Shown: positions 1 to 8,601 of the stretch, piece by piece
Layout: every line of letters starts with the position of its first letter
Numbering within the stretch: the stretch's first letter is position 1
NCBI GenBank assembly: GCA_009602725.1
Contig: WELB01000002.1
Span: forward strand, 2,189,569-2,209,568
Direction: 5' to 3'
DNA from: Spirogloea muscicola
Lineage: Eukaryota
DNA: 20,000 bases
The notes under the pieces: generated by a model
The model's database searches: none
Seen by the model: the letters and a program-made list of their open reading frames with translations, nothing else
What the model was told of the DNA's origin: nothing
Position numbers and translations under genes: made by a program

Positions 1-369
1 CCATACTCTCCTTGAGCACATCGCGAGTCTGGGATATGCACGACGTGAGGACATGCTTCCAGCCCAAATGGGAATGCCCGCAGCCTACTTGTCATTTTTG
101 TTGAGTGTCAGCCTCTCTGCGGCAAGCTCAGGCTTTTGCTTTCCATCAGAGGGCTAGTCGAGCCTTACTTGGTGGCACAAGAGCTGATCGATTGCCGTCC
201 AGTATTTGGGCATCAGTTAGCGACCTCAATGTGCTGACTCGTGCTTACTGAGCTGGTCAGCTTAGTAGCAGGTGATATTTTAGCAGGGGTTACTGAGTAA
301 CACGTAGCTGCTTTGTATCTTGTGCTTGTTTTTCTTAGCGCTTCCCCTGGCCCCCTTCTCGTACTTCGT

Positions 370-1210
370 TATTCCTTCATTGGGCTGGCTTTGCCAGCCC
401 CTATCCTCAATGGGCGAGCCCTTTCTCTGATGTACATTCGTCAGTGTGCTTGCCTTTTCACTTGGCCACCTAGGCCCTCCATCACTTAATATACACTCTA
501 TTTCCTTCTTTCTGGGCTGGCTATCTACAGCCCCTGCCTCATGTTGGAAGAGCTGTTCTGCTTCAGACCTCGTAAAACAGTACATTTATAAGGATAGAAT
601 TGGCCTCCCTTTCAATTTCATGCGCACCGCGCGCCTTCTCTCTCAGACCTTGTACATGCCTTTGGGCTGGCATCGCACACCCATTGCCGTAAATGGAAGA
701 GCTGTTTCTCTTCTTATAGCCCTCGCCCCTCTCCTTTCTTTGACAGAGCTTACATCTTGAGACTATGCAAGCTGCTGGTAGAGCCATACAGAAAAAGTGA
801 GCTCTTCAGAAGGGGGCGAGGGCTGTAAAAAGTCAGCCCAGAAATAGTGGACAAGGTCCAAAGGGCCGCTGAGCGCTGAGACCACACAGCTATGCAAGTG
901 GCCTCAGCGAACGGGAGCTTCATAACCCCAACTCACAGAGGATGTTCATTCAGAGGTGTTATATCTGCATTACCTGAGCCACGGGCTTGGCAAACAGGGC
1001 TTCGCTTTCCGACTTTACGCCTTGCGGCTGCTAAGTAGAGGTTACCAATTGACCATCCTTTGTGGTACTTGCTTACTTGTGTGTTGCAGCGCTGTTTGGA
1101 CCCTTCAAATCTTTTCCACTCTTTTCAGGCTCGCTTTTCACAGGGAAAGACTCACTCGGTAGAGGGCAATGGTTATCACAGCCCTCGCCTCCTTAGGAAA
1201 GATATTCACT
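370..1210. repeat. Cluster of degenerate ~50-80 bp motifs in both orientations (transposon subterminal-repeat or MITE-like)
   Basis: Approximate consensus GGACCTTGT-N9-TTYTGGGCTGRCTTTYACAGCCCTYGCC..GGAAGAGCT. Copies on + at ~370-425, ~500-558, ~640-708, ~1095-1145 and ~1170-1210; on - at 791-867. The same motif recurs at 19387-19716. Confidence 0.7.
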
Positions 1211-1500
1211 CAGTAACCTCTAGCTAGGAGCTGCATGTCAGAGGGACTAGCAGCCGGAAAGCAATCCCCTTGACGAAAGCCAGAGGCTGCAGCTAGAGCA
1301 CGGCCAGCATGCAGATGCAAAGAATGGGCCATGGACCGCTGGAGGGATTTCAACAGGCGCATGCGAAACACGTGCACTAGCGAGCCAGCGGCGTTGGAGT
1401 CGGCCTGCTCACCCCGCCTGCGGGACACAGGGCGTCGCGCAAGCCTGGCAAAGAGGTCCAGACACCGAGACCCGAAAGCCCCGTGCACATCGACGGGCAA
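1210..1500 (-). mobile_element. C-terminal half of an RLE domain of a CRE-like non-LTR retrotransposon (fragment)
   Basis: Translation LPVDVHGAFGSRCLDLFARLARR...VFRMRLLKSLQRSMAHSL matches, from memory, the RLE C-terminal pattern F.P.a.e/d..G..G.....l..la.r ... r.rls..lqr..a. The catalytic N-terminal part is absent on this strand. Confidence 0.65.
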
Positions 1501-1502
1501 TG

Positions 1503-1732
1503 AACGATCTCGTCCCCTGTCATGAGATATCCTGTCGGTGGTTCATTTGTGTCGACCTGACAAGGATGGTGACCTGGCGGTACACGTGGACATAACGGGA
1601 GGACTCACATCTGCTCTGGTGTGCAAGGAGTTGCGACCAGGCTACCTCTGGCTCCACGCCAGTCAGGAAAGATGCATATCTGCCGTCCAGCCATGCGCTG
1701 ACCACAGCGGGCAGCCCCTATCCTGCCGCCCA
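1503..1732 (+). mobile_element. Degenerate N-terminal half of the same RLE domain, inverted relative to 1210-1500
   Basis: One + frame reads DLVPCHEISCRWFICVDLT, resembling the (RP)Dhh...CVDLT catalytic motif. The neighbouring frame reads VDITGG...RPGYLWLHASQERCISAVQPCADHSGQPLSCRP, resembling PG...A..K..KY...C...G..F.P. It ends at CGC CCA (1732), where the minus-strand fragment would continue with LPVDVHG. Confidence 0.5.
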
Positions 1733-1771
1733 AACCGCTCAAATGAAGCCCGAAGAGAAGCCGAAAAGCCA

Positions 1772-3535
1772 AAAGCCCGCTTCGATGGGTGTGAACCACC
1801 TTGCCGAGTGTTGGCGGGTACCAGCCAGGCTAGCCGCGGGCACTGGTGGGTGGTGGTAGAAGTAACGGTCTCGGGCTACACTGGCCTTTGAGACGGTCTC
1901 AGCATACACGGGCCTTGAGACCTGTGGTGCTGAAATGGGCCAAATGGCCTGCCCAATGTAATTCTTTGCTGACCAATGATAAGGGGTGCGGAGGGCTGGG
2001 GCCGAGCAGTCCACTCGGGCCAGTCTCTCCATCTTGCCTGAACTGCCCCTGCGCCGCCGCCGCCACCGCATCGCCATCGGGCGTCTTCGCTCCTGTCGAG
2101 ACACGCTAAGAAGGCATGGGCTCATCGGAAGCATCACCTTGATCTGCTCTGAGACTTTCGAGTACAGTCTTGGTGTCAACTGCTAGTCTATGAAATTCCA
2201 CCAGTTGATCTTGTGACTGGCATTGCGGAGATTGCTGTCGTGTTCGGGCCACCTTGCCCTGTTCCAGTAGATAGCTGGATCACCCTGTTCGAGTAGACAG
2301 TTGGGCCACCTTGCCCCGTTCCAGTAGATAGCTGGACATCACCGTTCCAGTAGATAGCTGGATATCTCCTTTTCAGTATTTAGCCGGATACCCCTTGCCA
2401 CCGATGACTGGATCTTGCGCCCGCACTGAGTTCTGGCAACTATTTCTTGCGCTGCTCGAAACTACAGAAATATCACATTGAAGCCGTACTTCTGCATTGA
2501 GTGCTGCGGTTTCTTGTCACCGTCATCTTCTGCTACTGGGCAGAGTGGGCGGCTGTCCGCATGGTCTCTGGGCGGCAGTCGGCATGGTCGTGGCGCCAGG
2601 ACAGTAAACAAGAGAAGGCATGCGACTGGCGTCCTCGCCATGGTGGCATTGACTGGCCTGCGTCTGCAAGCAGCTTAACAATGTGAATGCGCAGCGGCAG
2701 GGTGGGGGGCTTGGGGAGCTGGCGTGAGAGCGTGGCCTCTCTTGTTTACTGTCCTGGCGGCCACGACCATGCAGGCTGCCGCAGTCTACTCGGCCCAGGA
2801 AAAGGAGATGATGGTAACAAGAAACCGCAGCATCAATGCCATGAATTATAAGACAAGCAGAAGCACGTCTTCCATGTGATCTTTCAGTATTTCCGAGCGG
2901 CGCAAGAACCAGTTGTCAGAACCCACTGTGGCGCAAGATCCAGTCATCAATGACAGGGGCTATCCGGCTATCTAGTGGAAGAGGGCAAGGTGGCCCGCAC
3001 ACGACAGCAATTTCCGCAATGCCAGTCACAAGATCAACCGATGGCATCTCATAGACAAGCAAGTGACGCCAAAGCAGTATTCGACAGTCTCAGAGCCGAT
3101 CAAGGCGATACTCGATATCTGCAGCTCAGACGCACAAGGTCACAATGTTTCGTGGCTGACCTGGTGTCACCGAGTCTGGCACGACCGGCGGCGGAGTCAC
3201 CCGGAGGTAAGGCTCTCTAGCTGCGCGGCTGCCCTTCCTATGAGCCCACGCCTTCTTGGCGTGTCACGACAGGAGCGACGACGCCCGACGGCCATGCGGC
3301 GCTCATGGAGGAGGGGCCTGCTCGGCCCCAGCCCTCCGCAAATGTCATCATTGGGCAGGCCACTTGGCCCATTGCGGCATCCCAGGTCTCAATGCCAGTG
3401 TAGGCTGAGACCGTCTCAGAGGCCAGTGTAGCCCGAGACCGTCATTTCTACCACTACCCACCATTACGCGCCGCTAGCCTGGCCGGTACCCGCCAACACT
3501 CGTCACGGTGGGCCATACCCATCGAAGCGGGCTTT
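1772..3535. repeat. ~1.76 kb imperfect inverted repeat (arms ~1772-2623 and ~2730-3535, loop ~105 nt); foldback/MITE-like element or hairpin-RNA locus
   Basis: AAAGCCCGCTTCGATGGG at 1772 is the reverse complement of CCCATCGAAGCGGGCTTT ending at 3535. Complementarity continues inward (about 15 mismatches in the outer ~135 bp by eye) to GCCAGGACAGTAAACAAGAGA (~2595-2615) / TCTCTTGTTTACTGTCCTGGC (~2738-2758), with several arm-specific indels. Confidence 0.93.
2246..2392 (+). repeat. Short tandem array inside the left arm (GTTCCAGTAGATAGCTGGA x3 plus 2 degenerate copies)
   Basis: Exact copies at 2261-2279, 2318-2336 and 2344-2362; degenerate copies at 2287-2305 and ~2370-2389. The right arm has one copy (~2960-2997). 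Confidence 0.9.
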
Positions 3536-3998
3536 AGGACTTTAGGGCTTAGGGCCAGCCGAATGCGCATGGAGACATTGTTCTGGAGGACCTGTTGGAG
3601 TGCGACCTCACTGCGTGGAGCCCCAGATTGCGCAGCGCAGAGCCAACTCCGCGCCGCCGGTATCGAGGACAGGATGTTGGATGAGCTGAGGAGAGGACAA
3701 TATCCTCGCTGCATCATGCTGGAGCCGGCGGAAAGGGCTCGCCAGGCACGGCGGCGCAAGTCGAGCTGAGAGGAGGGAGCGATCCCCGCGTCAAGCCAGA
3801 GGCTTCACAACCAGCACGGCGGTGCAAGGCCGAGAAGCAGGTCAGCTGGAGCGACATGGGAGACGCCTCCGGTAGCACGAGATGATGTCCCAAAGAGCCT
3901 CCAGGAAGTGCTGCTCCCCCCCAACACAGCCGCTGGCCAGCACGAGAGGACAGAGGCGCAAGTAGTAAGGACCACCGGGGTGGCCCCGCCACACGGCC

Positions 3999-4721
3999 AT
4001 GGCTGCCGTCACAGCCCACTGTGCGGCCCACATTGGTGGTGCCGCCGTCCACGCTGCTGCTGCGGCTTGGGGACGAGCGCAGGATGTCGCGTCCAAGGTG
4101 GCCGTGGCTGCACCGCAGGTGCTGGGCTGCCGATTGCATGCTGCTGGGACTCAATGGAGCCCTGTGGCCGCGCTGCGAAGGCTGGCATGCCAAGGCAAAG
4201 AGGCAGCAGAGACGGCACCGCCTGTGCCGCCGCAAGCGCTGGAGCGGCAGCCGCCTCCACCGCTTCACCATGCGGCCTGCTGGCGCCGCCTGCTCGTGCA
4301 GCAGGTGCGCCAACAACTGGCGGCACGGGTTCTCTATTCTGCTACTAACGGCACTGCTGCCGCCGCCACCAACGCCGCTGAAAGCTCCGTCGTAACCGAG
4401 GACGATGGCGGCCTGCTCGGCCCCGGTGCCTGGCCACTGGCGGCGGCGCTGCTCGCTGACGACGACTGGGCTGCAAGCGGCCTCTCCGACGCTGCTCGGG
4501 TGCTCATTGAGCGCTGGCCGCTTGACAAAGGCAGCCTTGACGACTGGGCCCTGCGCCACTACGGGCCCAGCGGCGGCGATGCCTCGCGGCGGTGGCAGGC
4601 CAAGGCTGCTGTGGAGGCTGGGCTTGGGCCCGAGTGGCAAGAGCTCTACGCTTTTCGGCATGGCTGCCATCCTGGCCAGCCCGGTTCGGTAGCCGCGGAT
4701 GATGCTCGATTGGCCTCGTGA
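3999..4721 (+). CDS. Hypothetical 240-aa protein (possibly a last exon or part of a degraded gene or TE ORF)
   Basis: ATG-to-TGA ORF. The C-terminal ~90 aa (LSDAARVLIERWPLDKGSLDDWALRHYGP...WQAKAAVEAGLGPEWQELYAFRHG) look protein-like with G/C-ending codons. No family recognised; long shadow ORFs in other frames lower confidence. Confidence 0.35.
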   Translation: MAAVTAHCAAHIGGAAVHAAAAAWGRAQDVASKVAVAAPQVLGCRLHAAGTQWSPVAALRRLACQGKEAAETAPPVPPQALERQPPPPLHHAACWRRLLVQQVRQQLAARVLYSATNGTAAAATNAAESSVVTEDDGGLLGPGAWPLAAALLADDDWAASGLSDAARVLIERWPLDKGSLDDWALRHYGPSGGDASRRWQAKAAVEAGLGPEWQELYAFRHGCHPGQPGSVAADDARLAS

Positions 4722-5883
4722 GCTGCGCTCCGCCATTGCACTCTTAAGGCAGTATAGGTGGTCGTAGGGCCTGACAACGTGGTGCCTCCTGCGGCCCTAC
4801 TCGGCGTTGCAAGGCCAGCAAGTGTCCATCACGAGCATTCACGACTGAGACGTGCATGCCAGGCGAAGCCTGCAATGACAGGTACACCCAATATTGGCGG
4901 GCTGTGAGACGAAGTGCTGCTCTCGTGCATGTCTCCAACAAGCTCGGAGCTTGCAATGGTCGCTCAACGAGCCTGACTGTATGTCAAGAAGGTCCTGCTG
5001 AGCTGCTCACATGCGGAGGCATCGCAATGTCATTGGCTTGGGCTGCATGTGGATGTGGGCAACTGGCCTTCTCTGACATGAGGCCCTCACGGCGTTTGGC
5101 ACACTCAACAGGATGACCTGCTCGGGCTGCGCACTGGACGACCTGCGAACCTGCTGGCCAGCCTAGCACCTCATGGGCACATCACGTGCAGCCTCAGCAA
5201 GAATAATAAGCTTGCAGGATGGGCAGGAGCCACGGACACCTTGCTTGTTTCGCAAACGGCCGTCAGCAAGGCTCTTGCGATACCAGCTTGACCTGTGCCA
5301 CGACCAGCATGCTTTTTGTGGGGTGCCCTACACAACGCTTAGCAAGGCAAATGCAGGCTCTTCTTCTGCATGGTAGACTAGTCTGCTACCGTTTATCCTT
5401 GTCAGGAGGCACGGACGTGTCTTGGCGGCACCACAGTGACAGTCGTGAAGAAGTTCATGGCAAGTCAGACAAGGTCGCATATTCTGAGGCCGTGGGGCAT
5501 GCGCACCTCCGGCCACATATGCAATGCAAGCAAGAACTTGGTCCTGCAGTGAGGTCAACTTATGACGCATGAGCGCAGGCTTGCTTTCAGTGCATGCTTG
5601 CTTTGAAGCCCGTTCATGTGGGCTGCTCACCAGGACCTTTGATGCTGCAATTCAACCAAAGCCATATCCAGCAGAGCAGTGCCGAAAGTAGTCCACCAAT
5701 ATAAGAGGGCCCACAATGAAGACATGGTGCTCATAGATGAGCCTCTGCATGCTTTTAGTGGGGACAACCGTATCTCCTAATTCTTGAATACTGCAAGTTT
5801 GAGTACAAGATACATAAGTCAGACACTTTGCCCGGCAGCAGCCGCTGCCGGTGGCTAAACAGGCGGCCATGCCGCCAGCACCG

Positions 5884-7930
5884 TTAGACCGCAGCAACAC
5901 CATGGCCAGCCGTTGGGGCAGCCCTGTAGAGATTGGCTACCCAAGGTGCCAGCTCGGTAAGGTGAGGGGTACGTGCATTCTCGGCATAGTAGCGCGACCA
6001 ACGGCAGTCAAGCGGGCCACCAAAGACTGCGCTGTCAGAGGCACTATCGTACACGCACAGCGGTAACCACTCCACGCCGCCGTTCACACGCCTCTGCCGC
6101 TCCTTGGGGTATGCCAACGGAGCTTGTATGTACCTTCAAAAGATTGGTAGAACAAAACTTCGTCTTGTAGACAACCGAGCATCTAGAAGTCCTAGGAGTG
6201 TAGAGTTTCTGAAATATTGGTCTACGAATTGTGGAATGGTGATAAGGGGTACATTGACTTCTCAAGGCCTCAAAGCACATAAGTACAAAGTTGTGGACTA
6301 ACGTTTATTTCTGTCTTGACTACGGTGCTGCTTCTAGGAGGACAACAAATCTGTTGTGGGAGTGGCACCTGACTCCCTCCAGCATGGCATCCCAGCAAAA
6401 ATGCGTGTGACCAAATATGTGGATAGCCGTCGGCGACCCAGCGGCGCCGTGGAGGCCGCGCACACGCTGCTCGAGCCAGTCCGAGCCAACAACCTTGGGT
6501 AGGTTCGGGTAGAAGAGCATGCGCTTCTCCGGGCACAGCTCCAGCCTGGACCAAGCAGCCGGTGACATGGACATCAATGGTGAAACCAGAGCACCATCAC
6601 GGATGTCACAAATACTGGTTATCCGGTCTGATGGACCTGAAGCATTCCTGTAACCTCATTACGGGTTGCAGCTGTTGCCTGCAGAAGCTTGTCTGGAGCA
6701 TGCCTTGGGAGGAAGTGAGAGAAAGAGATAATTTGGCAGCTGTCCAAAGCGATGCTCGTGGCATTTGCAAAGGGAGCGTCATTCATCCGGTCGAAGTGGC
6801 GCGCGAGGGAGTCGTTGGCGTTGCTCAGCGGCTCGGGCCACCGGCAGACCTTGTAGTCCATCGAGACCTGGCCACCGAGGAGCACACACGGCAGGAACCT
6901 CAAGCCTGATATATCATTGTTATGATGCTAAATATGCGTCCTTACAGACGCTCCTGACGCTGATGCCATGGTGCCGGCCTGTGTTGCCGCCCCGTGTCCA
7001 CAGCCCGTGAATATCGCCAGACATGGCAACGCACCTTCTCCAAGGGGGGGATGACGAAGTCCTCAATGTCAGGCTCCTTGTCGAAGCTCTGCAGCGGCAG
7101 CCAGAGCAACCCATGCAGCCAAAAGTAAAGCATTTGCCACGCCGGTCACAGCGCTACATGTCTCAGTTCTGCCGCTCTTGGCGCCCAGAGAGCACTGCCG
7201 CGGTGCGCTTGCGTACTTGGTGGTGCCAGCTGAAGATGGGCACGATCCAAACGTCGGCAATGCGGCGCGGGGCGGTGTCCACGCGCAGCTTGGCACAGAG
7301 GTCCAGGACGGCGGCCAGCTTCGCCAACGAGTCCCGCGGCTCGCCCTCGTGCCGGCACCACAAGTCGTGATTGCCGGGCGTGAAGAAGACGTGGGCAAAG
7401 CGCGCCGTCAGCAGTGCCAATGTCGCCTCCAGCCTCTGCAACGCCCGCTTGCCAACAGAACGAGGCCGCCGTTACAATGCATCTGTGCCGCCATTTCCCA
7501 TGTTGATCAACTAACGACCAAGGCGTCAGAGTGCCAGCGCAGGAACGTGGCTGACGACCACAAAGCGCTCACTGGCACAGTGCACTGCTGCTGCTGCGGC
7601 GTGGAGACCAGCTTTCAAAAATTCGGCGTTACATTGGATTGAACCTGGATCTCTAAAGTGACAAATGTTAGGGCGTGGGGTTTTAGCACTTGGAGTCGGG
7701 GGTTCAGACTGTTCCGGGGTTCTGAGCGTCTGGCTCGCCGCCATGGTTGTCACCTCGAGGCCGTCGGTGACGTCGCCGGCGACGATGATGGCGTCGCCGC
7801 GGTACGCCGACGGCGAGAGCGCCTCCACCCACGCCAGGTTCTCGGCGTAGTCTGTGTGCAAGTCCGAGACGGCGAAGACGCGCATGCCGCCGTGGGCGGG
7901 CCGCGCCGGCAGCGGCGCGACCGCTGGCAT
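5884..7930 (-). CDS. Calcineurin-like metallophosphoesterase, plant-type (~346 aa from ATG 7930)
   Basis: Exons 7930-7754, 7435-7217, 7088-7035, 6867-6704, 6545-6369 and 6133-5884 splice in frame (1041 nt). All five motifs are present: SDLH, AGDVTD, PGNHD, SHFLP, FGHTH, followed by RYIQAPLAYPKER. The true start may be upstream (ATG at 8031) across the T47/N defect. Confidence 0.92.
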
Positions 7931-7963
7931 CGACCGCCGGCGGCGGCGCTGGCGGCCCGGGCC

Positions 7964-7966
<3 letters not shown>

Positions 7967-8013
<47 letters not shown>

Positions 8014-8014
8014 N
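7967..8014. other. T47 homopolymer plus one N; probable assembly artefact
   Basis: A pure T run abutting an N, embedded in extremely GC-rich sequence at the 5' end of a gene. Confidence 0.7.
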
Positions 8015-8031
8015 GGCTGCCCGGCGGCCAT

Positions 8032-8185
8032 GAAGCAGCCTTGGCCGCCGCCGCCGCCGCCGCCGCCGCCGCGATGGCCGCCGCAGATCGCGGCGGCCCC
8101 GCGGGACTCGCTGGCTGCCACAGTGAGGGTTAAGAGTGTCACCTAAGGCTCAGAAGGATAGGGTTAGGTTTTTGGATCTCCTCGA

Positions 8186-8223
<38 letters not shown>

Positions 8224-8351
8224 GTGCCAGGCGGCCGCGGGCTTTGGCAGTATCAGCTGCGGGCAGCGGCGGCAGCCCCTGCGTTCCGCCGCTGGTGGCG
8301 GCTGCGGATGGTGAGCCCCAGCTGCTGCCGCACTGCCGCGCGCGCGCTGCC
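8032..8351. promoter_or_regulatory. Putative bidirectional promoter/5'UTRs (metallophosphoesterase and PEX4)
   Basis: Short interval between divergent start codons; telomere-like TAGGGTTAGG at 8159-8168, flanked by (CCG)9 at 8045-8071 and (CCG)12 at 8187-8222. Confidence 0.6.
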
Positions 8352-8391
8352 ATGGCGGTCGGCCCTGCTGCCCCTGTGAAACCGAGCTGAT

Positions 8392-8422
<31 letters not shown>

Positions 8423-8550
8423 AGGCCTCCAAGTCGCGGCTGTTCAAGGAGTACAAGGAGGTGCAGCGCGAGTCGACGCCCGACTCCGACGTCCGCCTCG
8501 TGTGCGACGAGACCAACATCTTCCGCTGGACCGCGTACATCAAGGTGCCT

Positions 8551-8601
<51 letters not shown>

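Noticed and set aside
395..1724. 13-bp direct repeat CAGCCCCTATCCT (395-407 and 1712-1724) as a target-site duplication of the retroelement
   Set aside because: The left copy lies inside a continuous motif unit, the right copy lies inside the inverted RLE coding segment that extends to 1732, and no poly(A) tail is adjacent; probably chance.
2261..2362. CRISPR-like array of palindromic 19-bp repeats
   Set aside because: Linkers are only 7-12 bp and related to each other, there are no cas genes, and the context is eukaryotic; it is a tandem duplication.
1772..3535. Penelope-like element with hammerhead ribozyme, or protein-coding ORFs in the palindrome arms
   Set aside because: I found no CTGANGA...GAAA core by eye, and the arm ORFs (1739-2179, 3063-3431) differ by frame-breaking indels and resemble no known protein.
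3714..4736. 340-aa minus-strand ORF
   Set aside because: Low-complexity Arg/Ser/Gly/Pro-rich translation typical of an antisense shadow in GC-rich DNA.
4740..5880. Possible small exons (e.g. ~5218-5346 and ~5406-5552)
   Set aside because: Splice-like boundaries exist but the translations show no recognisable motif, so they cannot be supported without transcripts.
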